From contig OZ024755.1 in the NCBI GenBank assembly GCA_964016885.1, positions 5,580,001 through 5,644,000 on the forward strand: 64,000 bases of DNA, in the 5' to 3' direction. Under the pieces are notes generated by a model. That model ran no database searches and was not told the origin of the DNA. It saw only the letters and a program-made list of their open reading frames with translations. The first letter of the stretch is position 1. Each line of letters begins with the position of its first letter. This document shows, piece after piece, positions 38,871-53,300 of the stretch. This DNA is from Eledone cirrhosa (taxonomy: Eukaryota). The position numbers were made by a program, and so were the translations under genes.

Positions 38871-41389
38871 ACATAAAAACACATATATTTATATATATGT
38901 ATATACTTATATATTTGTATATATAAATATGTATGTATTTATATTTATATATTTCACGTATATGTCTGTGTTTCTGTGTAGTTTGTGCGTGTATATCCCA
39001 CAATGGCTTTATGTCATCTTTATAAGTACACCATATATATTTATATACATTTAAACACAAAGATATATATACACACAGGCGCAGCCGCACACAGACACTC
39101 GTGGTTGCGCCATATAAGAGTGCATATAATGTAATATATATATGTGTGAGGTGTACATACCAGACGGTTAAATTTAAAACGAACTCGTCCAGTTCCGTCA
39201 TCTACAATGTTATAGAATTTTACTACATAGCACCAAAATACGAAAGATAAATGGCATATTCACACGCTCCCAAATACTCATACACACATCTATATTCACT
39301 CATAAATGCACACATGTGTATCTATCTATCTATCTATCTATCTATATACATATCTATATATATATATATACATACACACACAAATAGGTATAAAGTTTTA
39401 GCACATGCATTCATTAAAGAAAAGAGCATCTCTCTCAACACTACAGACCATTGCTGGCATGTATGGATATATTTAGAACCATTCAGCTAGTCTTGGCGTT
39501 TCATTTACATTCTAAGACAGAGCAGAGAAAGAGAAGCAATAAATAGCACAGCCGTTCTTCTATAGCCACGTGTTATCTGCTGGAAGGATTCTCCATTTAC
39601 TATAGGAACAAAACAAAATAGGTCTGCTGACTTGGTATTATGTACAAATCGTTTAAAAGTATACTGGAAGATTTCTGAGAACGAAGTTAGGTTGGGCTTC
39701 AAAAGATGGGCAAAAAAAGAAGAAGAAAAAAAGGAGGAGGAGGAATCTGATCGTCAGATCGAACCTCAAGCAAAAACAACAACAACAACAACAATACTGT
39801 TTTCATTAGTCATTGCTGATACTACATCCTGGCTGCAACTTTTATGTGAAGTATCACCAGTTTTCAGGTGACAAGAAGCCGGATTTGACCTCAGAACGCT
39901 GAGAGCAGGAATAAATAACCGAGGCATTTAATCTGATTCTCTGACGACTCTGCAAATTCACCAACTCTTGGCCGAAATATCACCAGTTTTTTAAGTGACA
40001 GTAGGGGTGGGATTTGAACTCAGAACGTTGAGAGTCAGAAGAATTAACTAAAGCATTTAATCTGACCTTTTAACGATTGTAACAATTCGCCAACGTCAAC
40101 AAATGCAAAACAAATAGCGTAGCATAGTGTTCGATCCACAAGATCCCAGACCTCGTCAAGTCGGACAAAGGAAACAATGTTTCCATTGGTCTTTCCATTG
40201 CTGATACGATCTACCGGTTGCAATTCCTGACAGAAGGAACAACTCTCAAATCGGACCAAGTAAACGACGTTTCCACTAGTCTTTCCATTGCTGATACGAT
40301 CTACCTGTCGCAACTCTTGACAGAGCTAAACAAATAACATAGAGTCTGATCGACGAGATCCCAGGCCTCAATCGCTTACTGAGTGAAGTGGAACTCGTCA
40401 AATCGAACCAAAGAAACAACGTTTCTATTGGTCTTTCCATTTCTGATAATATAAACCGGTCGCAACACCTGGCAGAGCAAAACAAATAAAAGATAGAAAT
40501 AAAGTGAATGAAAATCAATACATACCTTCGTTTCAGCACAGGTATAACTTTGGTGAAAAAAATATCAACACTACTGTTGCCCACTAACTCCCAGCCTTTT
40601 ACGACCAGTGTATATACAATGTATTATCTCACATCTGGTATATACAATGTATTATCTCATATCTGGTATATACAATGTATTGTCTCACATCTGGTCACTT
40701 TTTTATGCCCAGCTGATTTGGGGATTAAGTCTTCATGGTGCTTATAGAATTTTTCGAGCCGTTCCGAAGATCTGAGTAGCTCTGCTGATTTCGATCTCGT
40801 CAATAATATTTATCTACGGCATCGATCTAAAACGATAGAAAGAAACAAAGGATGGTTTTATAGAAGTTATTAACGTAAAACAATAGATTAAAGCTAGATT
40901 TCATTACATTTCGAAATACAACTGAAACGTTGCAGGAAATAACAAAAGGGAATTAGTGAAAGAAAAATAATTAAAGATTCAACAGCGACAATCTTAAAGA
41001 CGCTAGAAAAATATTTAGAAAGTTGGTAATTATATTGGAATATTGGTACTAAAGATGTAAATAAGATAAGTACATGTTACAATGAATGCAGATATTCCTG
41101 GATAGGTTATATGAAGTAACCCAAAACTGCAAGCTGTCATAAACAAAATATTTCTTTAGATTTTAGTCCCATCTATTCAAGCTGAAATATCGAAGAAATA
41201 AGGACCTAGGAAATAATAAGTGCCCTCTTCAGTCATGAATTCGACGGGCTACTGTGCAGTTTCCGTCTTCCCAATTTTTTTCATGTGGAGAGAGAAGCCA
41301 GGCCATCAAATAGGCGACTACTGACCTTCCACAAAAATATACCCTTCCTATGGTTGCACCTTGGACGGTAACTCCATAGGAAAGATATT

Positions 41390-41480
41390 TGTTTCTATAT
41401 TAAATATTTAAAACTCTGCTTTGTATTGAGTACTTTACTTACTGCGGTTACCCACGATTGAACCCGGGATAAACTTATAT
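41390..41480 (+). mobile_element. Penelope-like family 1 3' tail only
   Basis: Reverse complement of 10547-10630. Confidence 0.7.
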
Positions 41481-41495
41481 ATATATATATATATA

Positions 41496-41684
41496 ACGAG
41501 GGAAGTGTGGTAAGGAACCAGGTGGACCATAACGCACCAGAGTACTCGATACTTTGGGTAGTAGAGTGGGTAATAGGAAAAGGTTCAGGACCCGACGGCG
41601 GCAGAGCTCAAGCCGTTTGGAGTGCTATTTCTGTCCAGAAATAGCCGTCGAAACGGTTTGAGCTCTGCCATCGGGGTCCTGAAC

Positions 41685-41690
<6 letters not shown>
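41496..41690. mobile_element. Penelope-like family 2 fold-back with half-hammerhead
   Basis: Palindrome 41579-41688; homologous to 54945-55115. Confidence 0.7.
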
Positions 41691-41721
<31 letters not shown>

Positions 41722-42769
41722 CAACATTTCTATCTCCCCAGCATGCTGAAGTGATTGGTCCATTTAATGTTCACTCCTGCAATCTCTAACGCTACACCAA
41801 TTATAATAATGCCATGTTCCAGTCAATGGTATATTCATTAGCGCACGCAATATAGATTCATTTTATTTTAATTGGAAAGAAAAAAAGGAAGAAATCTTTC
41901 TGTGACTTGAAAGAGCATAAATAATAAACAAAAATAAATTAATTAAAAGTCTGGCATCTTTTATGTCAACCTTTAGTTGAAAGAACGTATTTTGTTTTTC
42001 AAATAAAACCATTTCTTTTGAGTTTCTTTGAGTTCGTCCTTTATAAGCAGTAGATAATAATCTGGAAAATGGGATTGAGAAATCTGTTTATGTTGTTATC
42101 CTTCAGTTATTCCAAACAAAATCGCCCGATTCACATCTTTTAATTATCCAGTCAGCTGCCCTTTTGTTTTGGTCTTTATTGTTTTAGTGAAGATGAGTGG
42201 ACTAGTGGTTATTGTGTTCGGCTCACGGTATATTATGTTCGTGAGAAAAAAAGTGACTTATTTTACGTTCCACGTTGCTCCAGTTCACTAAGTTGGCATA
42301 TATAAATTGTAGGTGTAATTCATAAAATAAAAAAACACCTTTGTCACAAATTATGTCACTCAATCTCTGTGAATTACAAAATAATTGCATGTGTATGTGG
42401 CAAAGTGGGATTTAGACCTCATACCCCAAAAATAGAATCTTCCCCCCCCCCCCACAATTTTACATATCAATGTTAGCTTGGTACAAGTAATTGGAATTGA
42501 AAAATTATACATACAGGTATTAAATAAAAAAAATTCTAACCATCCTAAAACTAAAAAGCTTAGCCGAGGGCACAAATAAATTGCTACAGTCGTCGTCGAT
42601 ATCGATGGAGGATCCTTTTAATCCAGATTCCTTTCATACGACGTATACATACACATTTCGTCTTTCTTTCTCTTGTGTGTGTGTGTGTGTGTGTGTGTGT
42701 ACGCCTGTGAATGCGTGTGTGTGAGTGTGTGTGGAATGGACGGAGACTGAAACATTGCAGTTCGTGTTA

Positions 42770-42964
42770 CAGATCTGCCAACATCTAAAAGGCCAAACGG
42801 GGAGAACCCTGAAAAAAAGTGCTCCAAAACGGGAAAACATGAGGCAAAATGGGGAGATTTTACATAATGAAAGCTATACTTATTTTCACAAGAGAAGACA
42901 TCTCTCACCCACCTCAAAGTGGGTGGGAGATCACCCCGTCAGATGGGGAGAGTTGACAAGTCTG
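42770..42964. mobile_element. ~195-bp MITE with CAG-starting TIRs (copies 44186-44384 and partial ~62384-62540, both inverted)
   Basis: TIRs cagatctgccaac / gttgacaagtctg. No clean TSD seen. Confidence 0.7.
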
Positions 42965-43774
42965 TTGTTAACTTTGAAACTCTGTTATATAATAGGTAAT
43001 TAGTTAGTCTACCATATGGTAGTTTTCTCCAGCCTTTCGAAATATATCTTAAAACGAAACCAACCTGTATAGATTGCACTAAAATAAGCTTTGATATCAA
43101 ACGGAATAATGATATCATTAGATATCACACCAAATTACTTAAGAATACTTTAAAGATTGAAAACGCAGCATTTATTTGTAGTAGCTTATTATTATTATTA
43201 TGATACTCACGCTGTGAAATATAATACATGCTTGATCCCTTATCTCCTGATTGTATTGTAGGGTCACCGTATTGACATACGGTGTTTCTTGGACATTTTA
43301 AACCTGGCGGGGCCCATCTCTATAGATCTCAATACAGCAGATTTCATACACATAAGGATAAAGAGTGAGACAATGGAAGTTAGAAAGAGATATAGCGGAA
43401 GATTCGACCCCAGTACTTGACTGGTATTTTTTTTGTTCGACTTCGATCGGATGAAAGGCAAAGTTGGCCTCGGTTGGATTCGAACTCAGAGAGCAAAAAA
43501 CCGAAACCGAAACCAATACTGCAAAACATTCTATCCGACGTTCTAACGACTCAATCAGCCGCCTGTGAAATATAATACACACTAAATTCATCTATTTCTC
43601 GTGGAAGAGCTTTAATTCAAAGCCTTGTATTTTAGAAGAATATATATATGGTTAAACTGTTCACATACAAACAGGATGTCCCTCCCCCCCAAATGTATAC
43701 CACACTTTGATTACCTGTACAGGCAATATTTATTAGAATGTACAGCCTTTGTGTATACATTTCTGGGGAACACC

Positions 43775-43841
<67 letters not shown>

Positions 43842-44912
43842 ATATATATATTTAACAAAAACGTAAAACGATGAGTAACGTTAAACCTACCTCAAAATAT
43901 TTTATGAGTAAAAAACATTCCATCTGACATACGTAGTCTTCCCAAAGTAAATCATTGAATAGTCCAGTTTGAATTTTCCTCACCACAATATTATGCATCT
44001 TTAACAAGCGGTAGGTAAATAGTTTTAATAATTTATATGTGTGTATGTGTTATTTTCAAGAAATATTTTAACAAGAATATGATTAATTTCGCGAATATTG
44101 ATAGTATACAGAAACTATTTCATAATATTAACGTTAAGTTTTAAAGCATACTTGTACGTTGGTTTTAAAAGGTATTTGGTAAACCCAGACCTGTCAACTC
44201 TCCCCGTCCGACGGGGAGATCTCCCATCCACTTTGGGAGTAAGTGAGAGATGATTTCTTCTCTTGTGAAAATTCGTATAGCTTTCATTATGTAATATCTC
44301 CCAATTTTGCCTCGTTTTTCCCCGAATTTGGGCACTTTTTTTCATGGTACTCCCCGTTTGGGTTTTTAGTGGTTGGCAGGTCTGGAAGACAAACAGTAAT
44401 CGGCAGCTGAACGTGTTCCCTTTTCCGCAGTTTACTTATTGTATGCCATGTGAAAAATAAGTATTGTTGATAATTAAAAAAATATCTTAAGGAATATAAT
44501 TATCTATGTGGTAATCCCATAAGGTAACGACAATTAGATGGCCATAGACTCCTTTGAAGTAACCATGTTAGAATTATAATCTAAACACATGTCTGTCTGT
44601 TTGTCCATTATTGTTACTTGTATTTCTGTGTCGAAAACAGGAAGTAACTTGCCACGTGATATTTCATTCAAATTCATTAGTACGAGTTCAATATAGAATC
44701 CTGAACAAAATATAATGGTATCATTTTTTTAAAGCAATTTAGTTAACAGTTTATATATATATATTTATTTCTTCCTGTGTCGTTTGTTTTGTTATCGAAA
44801 AGTTATTTGTCTCTAATCTATTGAGACATCCCAGTTGGAGATAGTATTTGAGTAAAACTGACTTATTTTAGTTGTCTAACTTATATCCCCACAAATCGAG
44901 ATTTTGGCTTAA

Positions 44913-44951
<39 letters not shown>

Positions 44952-45816
44952 CAGGGTGCGTGTGCGCGTTTCCATGCGTGTATGTGTGTGGCGTTCCACA
45001 ATCGCCACGCAGTTTATCTGTCTGTGTGCCTGTCCATTAGTCTAACATACACAGAGTTGTGAAGGGAGTAATATATATATATATATATATATACATATCT
45101 ATATATATATATACATATATATATATGGTAAATTTCTTTAAGCCTCGACAATGCAGATGGGTAAATCTCCGGGTAACAAGATCCGGTGGTGGAGAGAGAG
45201 ATGTAAGTGGGTGTACGTTGAGATGCGTGGCGTGTATAAGACTGTAACGTGTATAGATATATATATACATATATATACATATATAATCAAAAACCCTCCC
45301 AGAGGGTGGTATTTCTTTCTAGACGTTAAATTGCGTTACTACATCAAAAACCATTATTTCCGTCCTACTAATTCCGCAATTTTAAGAATTACTATTCTAT
45401 TGGTTTATTCCTGATCTGGAAAGTGGTTTTAGATTACTATCTCAAACTTTGTCTTATTTGAAAGTTCTAAACCTCTCATATGGCTCACACCTTCTTTCTG
45501 AAATCTTGCGTCTCTCTTTCAATTCATTACTCTCCCCCTTTCTCTCGCTGCCATCTCTCATCCTCTCCCCCTTCTTACTCTACAACACCTCATCCTATTA
45601 TCATCCTATTTACCTCTCTACTAACTATCCCCCTCCTTCCTCCCTCGACAACCTCTACTCCCACTATCTCCCATCTTACACATACTCCTAACTATTTGCA
45701 TATCTACATATTTTATTCGAACGTATCATAAACATATACACACACACAAGGTTTCAGCCGGACCTCAGCTGTGTAGGAATATACTACAACCCTCGTATCG
45801 GAATCATTCCGTCAAC

Positions 45817-45907
45817 AGAAGTCTCATGAGCTTTTAATTCCAGAGTTGGGACCGATCTATACAGATCGAACCTTGAGCTGATCAATCGCGAAACGCGCGT
45901 CACACCT
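45817..45907 (+). ncRNA. Degenerate hammerhead with 60-nt domain II
   Basis: CTCATGA(45823)-GC...cgatc tataca gatcg...tgagctgatcaatc GC-GAAAC-GCGC-GTC(45901). Confidence 0.5.
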
Positions 45908-46131
45908 TAATAGACGTAATGAAAATTTGACACCTCGCCCATATTATATATATATATATATATATATATAAAGGTGAACAGTGAATGAAGAGTAATACCC
46001 AGAAACATTAGTGTCTGCAGTTCTGTTTACATGCCAACACAAGAGCAAGAATAAGGGGCTCATTCTAATGACATGGCTTTAAAAAAGAGGCTGTTTACAT
46101 AATTGCAAACGAATCAAATATTATTATTAAT

Positions 46132-46325
46132 AGGGCGGTGAATTGGCAGTATCGGTGGAGGGTCGGACGCCATGCTTTCCAGCATAGTTACGTCCCTTTA
46201 CGGTCTGAGTTCAAATCCCGTCGAGGTTAACTTTGCCTTTCATCCTTATGGGGTCGATAAAATAAAGTACCAGTTATGTACTGGCTAATTGCTGGCCTTG
46301 TGCCAAAAGTAGAAACACTTATTAA
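46132..46325 (+). mobile_element. SINE family A, full length
   Basis: Homology to family A. Confidence 0.9.
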
Positions 46326-46459
46326 TATTCGAAAAACTCAGATTACATTTATATATAGTTTTGCAAGAGATGTCAACATGAATGGACCTGTTAATTTTAT
46401 CTAAAGACATTTTCTCCAATTGCAAACCGCCCGTCCCCTCAATCTATCTTATTTCTCAT

Positions 46460-46500
46460 TCTTTCTTCTGATGAAGGACTAGCGTCCGAAACGTTAATAC
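46460..46500 (+). ncRNA. Minimal hammerhead core in a pyrimidine-rich pLTR-like context
   Basis: CTGATGA(46468)-a ggac tagc gtcc-GAAACGTTA. Palindromic AACGTT; stem I not evident. Confidence 0.5.
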
Positions 46501-46584
46501 CCTCTTCCTGCTATATCAAGCGTTAACCTAATATATACCTTCCATATACTGTACTGATTGTGTTGTTATTTCTGTTTACCTTTT

Positions 46585-46653
<69 letters not shown>

Positions 46654-47777
46654 GTCCCCAAAAATGTATGCACACTTCAACAGCATTCTAATAAATATTG
46701 CCTGTACTCAAAGGTAATCAAAGTGTGTTTACACTTTTTGGAGACACCCTGTGTTGGAGACACGTCTAATAAGTGGAGACTTCTTATTCCATTTCATACA
46801 AGCGTGAAACTAATAATTGTTCTCCGTATTTGTTTTCAGTTTTTTAAATGTCCACCTTGTAAATCACATACATCTATATATAAGGAGAGTTCCAGGTGGT
46901 CAGGTGTTAAATTATATAATATTAAACAGGAGTAAATCTACTCTGAAAATAATAGAGAATGAATACAAATCTATTAAATTACAACAGTAAATCTTTATCT
47001 TATCTTAAACTCAAATTGATTTTTCTTTGTTTAAATATTATGTATGTTTTTCATTACCTTTAGTCTATAGAATATTTATCTTTCGTCTATAAAATATTTA
47101 CAATCTCATAGCGAAGGCGGAATATTTCGGGCGTTGAATTCAGAATCATATGATCGTGGGTGGGTTCAATTTCTATGAAAGACACGAGTCCTCGACCAAG
47201 GCTTTTCAGGATACGTTGTTCCAATTCCATCAGCTGAAAAGGAGTACCAGCAATAGCTTGGAGTTTAACGCTGAGACGAATTGAGATCCGCCTAGGAAGG
47301 AGAGATTCTTGTTTCTTGTATTCTAAGCCACTTAACGCTCACGAAACAGACATAGAGTACGTATTCCGTGTAAGTAAGCTTGGAACATCATACATATATA
47401 TAAAACAATAATTCTAACTCTAAAAATGTTCACAACATATTCTGGTCTAATAGTTAATTCGTTTAAGGAGGCTTTAAGCTGATATGCAACGTAGTAACGC
47501 CTCCGAAAAAAAATATCTCAGTTTTTGTAGATATAGGTTTACCAAAACATAGTAGCAATACATTTCTCGAAATAAAATTGGCTCCACAAGTGAAGTTAAA
47601 TCGTAAGCATGATTCATATATATACCAGGCTCTCTTAAAATAACATATACACATGTGCTACACCTTGTTTACCTATTTTCTGATGGGCATTGGCCTTTAA
47701 TGAGTACACTTTACCCGCAACACACACTTTACAGACATACTCACGAATATATATATATATATATATCTGTTATTTTA

Positions 47778-47853
<76 letters not shown>

Positions 47854-48153
47854 GTGCGAGTATAAGAAAGGGTGGTGGTGAAGTCACCTGAAGAGAGCGC
47901 CCTGCATGAAGTGCATATATATATATATTTTTTCTGTAATAAACAACATAAGACAATTATTCCATTTACCAAAGGTTTGTGTGTGTGTGTGTAAGTGTAT
48001 AACTACAGTTACAAGCGGTTCGCCGGACTAAGAACTCGATGCTGTAACGTGGTCAATCGCGTGTTGGATTGTATTCCAGAGTTAAGGAGGATGTAGTGGG
48101 CAGAGTCTAAATAAAAGTAAATAGGATCGAAGTCATTGTTGCAGCATATAAGC

Positions 48154-48247
48154 TGGCATATCTGATGAGTTGTCGAAGAAGAGTCGGCTTCCAGTCATTA
48201 TGATTGTACCCTGAGCTGATCAATATTGAAACGATTGTAATATGTCA
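48154..48247 (+). ncRNA. Type I hammerhead with 59-nt domain II
   Basis: Stem I tggcatat/atatgtca, CTGATGA 48162-48168, GAAAC-GATT-GTA^ 48228-48239. AATAAA follows. Imperfect IRs at ~48117-48150/~48264-48296. Confidence 0.65.
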
Positions 48248-48659
48248 ATAAAGGTATTATATATATATGCTGCAACAATAAAGTCCATCCTACTTACACA
48301 CACCTTTGAACTGTGAGAGGAGAAAGCCGGAACGAATATCACAAAGAATTCTATCTGATGTTCTAACAACTAAAACGAATATTACATAAAGAGAAATCTT
48401 TGAATCAAACTGACGAACGCACAATTATGAGTCGAACACAGCCAACCACTAAGCCACATGCCTAGAATCATTGATACCTGGTGGCTGCCAACTCGTTTTC
48501 GAGTACGGCCACTATTTTATATTATCCATATAGGAGAACCCCTACCGATGCGGTGAACGAGTGTGACATTTTAGTCCAGCCAGCGACTTGAAAACTCTGG
48601 TACAAACACTACACTTGTGACAATTATTGACACATAGTACTATGCCCATGGTACCATGT

Positions 48660-48945
48660 GACGACAAGTGCAGAGAGATCTCCAGATATAAAGCAATGCC
48701 TGTGCCGTGAAGTTTTTATAGTGAGCAAAGGCACTGCACAAAGCCAGTCCCACTCTCTTAACCAAGATGATATTTACCAAAAAGAAGAACAAGTCAACAT
48801 CATTGGATACCATCAGAGTTGCAGGTGTTATATCAGAGTTTTCCTTCTCTTAGAATTCTGCCTTGACAAAGGCTAACGGGTCATCTCTTCCGGTGATTTT
48901 GGATGGCCATTGACTCTTAAGAGCTCCTTTGCCCTTTGACAATAA
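48660..48945 (-). pseudogene. Possible decayed DIRS-like retrotransposon fragment
   Basis: Minus-strand fragments TLI.TP...WYPMMLT and CFISGD resemble the region downstream of DIRS RNase H (recalled motifs, frameshifted). Confidence 0.3.
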
Positions 48946-49426
48946 TGATTCGAACACACCCAACCACTAAGCCACATGCCTACAATCATTGATACATACG
49001 TACATACATACATTCATACATATAAACATCCATACGTACGTACATACATACGTACGTAGATCAAACACACACATACATATGTGCGTAGCTCAAACACACA
49101 CATACATATGTGCGTAGATCAAACACACAAATCCATACGTACGTACATATACATACGTACGTACATATATACGTACGTAAGTACATATATACGTACGTAG
49201 ATCAAACACACACATACATACGTACGTACATACATACATACATACGTACATATATATATATATATATATACAAAGTATTTGAGTGTGTATACGTTATTGT
49301 AAATAGCCAGCAATAGGATGAGTGTTCAGAAGTTTAGGCCCTGCCAAATCTGTCAGTGGTGTGAGAAACTACGAATCGAATTGATTCCATCTGTATACCT
49401 TATATATATATTTGTATATATGTGTG

Positions 49427-49459
<33 letters not shown>

Positions 49460-49632
49460 ATATAAATATATATATATATATGTGTGTGTGTGTTAATGTA
49501 TATATGTTTATGTGTATATATGTATATGTGTGTATATATATATATATGTGTGTGTGTGCGTGTGTTTATGTCTTATTCACACTCAAATGCAAACACGCAA
49601 ACGATTTCACATACACTCACTTTCTCTTTCTA

Positions 49633-49725
<93 letters not shown>

Positions 49726-50166
49726 TTAATATATATATATATATAGAGAGAGAGAGGGGGGGGGGAGACTGTAGGCGGCCGACAGGGAAATAATGAGTGA
49801 AATCTGTTGGTAGTTAAGTACAATGACTAACAAGACGGTTCTTTATTATGGAGAAGACCAAACTAACTCATGTACAGTTATCAACAGCTGGACAACATAA
49901 CGTCATCTTTGATTATCTTCACTCAAGTAATGTTATTTATATATATATCTTCTAATTTATCCTCGACTTGTAACTTTCAGTTTTGTTGAGTAGATAGTCT
50001 GAAGGTGGCTGGCCTAGTGGTTACGGTATTGAAATCACGATCATAAGGTCGTGGGGTCAATTCCTGAACTGGGTGGTGCCGTTTGTTTTTTGGTGGAGGG
50101 CATGCCTCTTTATTTCATGTTACTTTCCAATTTTATCTTCCACCCTTTTAACTATTAGAATCAACA

Positions 50167-50211
<45 letters not shown>

Positions 50212-50781
50212 ACACACACTCTCTTTCTTTCTTCTCAAGAAAATCAGCTGTATTCCGACTCTTGTAACGATGAGCTCAGTCAGAGTTTTGGCTGATATTT
50301 CTCGCCATTCCCTTTCAAACCACACTGCTTTCAAAGAAAAAAGGAAGGGCATTTTACATATAGTAATCTGAGGTAAATCATCTGAAATGACGGTATGGTC
50401 ATAACTAGAGTGTCTTTTGATTATAGTTTTGTTCATTCTCCGGCCGCTAAATATATGTTGGATCTCCGACCATGAGTATTTTATATGTTTGATCATCGGA
50501 ACAGGTCCTTTGAATTACTGGTATAACTCCTTTTTACCTGATGAGTGGAGTGGAGTGGAGTGGAGTGGAGCAACGTAGAATTGTTCTGCTCCTGGTCTCA
50601 AGGCACCGCTAGAAACAATACACGGTGACGCTACTATCGTATGTTGGACACACTCCACTAACCACTAAGCCATGTGACTTCACAGGACCATACAATATAT
50701 TTTAAGGTGGTGTACCACTCCATCAATTCTATAAGCACACATACACTTGCACAATTGCACACATATATAGTCACACACTTG

Positions 50782-50813
<32 letters not shown>

Positions 50814-50833
50814 CTGTTTCTTCTATACACTTG

Positions 50834-50901
<68 letters not shown>

Positions 50902-52147
50902 CATATATACCATATATCTATACATACTAGTGCGTAGAAGAAACATAGTATTAGTGAAATTGAATTAAGGGTGTTACTAATTAGATGTGCTGTTTAGGGC
51001 GTAAGTTAATTTGTATTTTCCCCTGATACGAAACGCCACTCATTTTAGCATGTATATAGAGTTAAGTATTAGTGGTAACGAATGGACTTCTAATTTTTAT
51101 TTACTGCTGATTTTTTTCTTCTTCCTCTCATATATAACAATTGTGTATTACTTGTAAAATTTGTTCTTCGTGCAAACACTGTTAATTTCGGCTTCCGTTT
51201 CATTAGCAAACCTTCGCTTTATTAAATTAGCTTTTTTTTTTATTTTTATTAATTTGTTTTGTTCTGTTTTGTTTCGAGAAAAACGTATATAGCTTCTAAT
51301 TTCACAGCAATAATAATACCTTCTGTTTTATGGACGATGATCACCCACCGAATCTTTAATGTATATAATGTTGACTTTACAGCATTAGTTGTTAAGAGTA
51401 CAGACAGGTAATTTTCATGGTAAACTCAGAAACGAAGGTACATTTGATGTGTAAATACTTATTTATGAATGTTGAAGTATTATTTACATAATGCTTAGTC
51501 AACACAATGGAATGAAAGCTTTCCTATTTAACTATATATATATACACTTACATGGCTGCAAAAGAAAAAAAAATGTGCGTGATTCTTCCGATTTAGTTGA
51601 AATATTGTTCATATATCATCCTGTCAGATGGTATCATTATAGAACTGTGATCTCCGCCATATAAGTTTTAGTTTCACTCTATATTCTCATTTCAGTTCCC
51701 TCCACTCCCCGGGATCAACATCGGCTTCGTAGTCCCCAGGGTCGATGAAATTGCTCTCATATGTTGTAATTCATTTGATATACCATCATAATACTATAGC
51801 TTGCCTTAAAAACAAAATGGCAATCGAATGCTATAATTAAAGAATTTTAATTGTGGCAGACGACATTTTTATTATACCTTTTTGTATTGTTGTATAACCC
51901 TTTGTTATGGCGGGCAATTCAGTAGTTACGGCGTCCTTCTGACAATCGTAAGGTCATGAGTTATATATATATAGCCATTTAGTATTAAATGTCGTGAGAA
52001 TGAGTACTCAATACCATGGTAGAGACTGGTAATATTTGTTAAGGTCAAGTCAGGGTCCTGTTACTTAGGGGTTTCACTTGTGTATTCACAATGTCATATC
52101 TGTCTATCTATTTCTCTATCACTACAGACATTTGAGATATATAGAAC

Positions 52148-52185
<38 letters not shown>

Positions 52186-52979
52186 AGCAGAAAATGTAAG
52201 AGATATATGGCAAAAAAAAAAACAAGGAGAAAGACAACAGACAGACATACATACAAACCGATATATATCCATACATACAAGATAATCCTCATTGAAAATG
52301 CTTTCTTAGAAATATTATATGTACATGTATGTGTGTGTGTGAGAGAGGGAGAGAGAGAGATAGTTTCCTGTATGTGTGAGAAAGAGTTAAAGAGATTGAT
52401 AGAGGATGATAGAGAGGGAGAGAGAGAGAGAGAGAGAGAGAGGTATAGTTTCCTGTGTGCCATCTAAAGACGCTAGGAAAAGGAAAAGCAGTAGTGTAAA
52501 TCTTCTTATCTCAGTAATAGCACAAGATATGTTTCTAGAAAACAATACATGTCTTGACAATCACTCAACTGTACAACATGGCCGTACAATGGAGGAATGA
52601 TAGACAGAAAAATGAGACTGTGTTGTTGTTGGTGGTGGTGTTGGTGTTGATAGTGGTGTTGGCGGTGTTGTTGATAGTCGTGGTCAGCCTATTAACTTTT
52701 CAGCCGACTCTTGTATTATCTTTGAAGAATTTTCATAAATATAGAACAACCATGTCATTATATGAGCTTATATGTTTAGCCAGATCAATCGTACAACTTG
52801 TGATATCTCTAAAATCTGTCTGGTTGGGGGGGGGGGGTATGTTAACTGAGAAAAATATTTCGAGTACTTCTCAATAGTGATTGAAGAAACCTGGTTCTAA
52901 AATGGTTTCAATGTAAATCATAGGCAGAACTAATTCAATGACAATGACGACTTTGGGTCCACAGTAAAACCTGTCTGGA

Positions 52980-53300
52980 GGGAAACATACATAGATAGAT
53001 GAAAGACGCGCGTCGTAACGGTAGATCGAGAGACACGATCCTAAAATGGTATCGATATAAATCCTGGACAGAGATCAATAGAATCACAACGAAGTTTGGT
53101 TCACATTAAAATCTATCTAGAGGGCAACATACATAGATAGATGTAGAGACACGATCTTAGATGAATCACGGGCGCCCCAATGATAGATGGAGAGACACGA
53201 TCCTAGATGAATGAGGGGCGCCCCAATGATAGATTAAGAGACACGATCCTAAAAAGGTTTCAATATAAATCTTTGGGCAGAGATCAACGCAATGACAATG
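52980..53300. repeat. Irregular tandem repeat (agagacacgatcct; catacatagatagatg; ggcgccccaatgatagat)
   Basis: Four copies of agagacacgatc. Confidence 0.8.
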
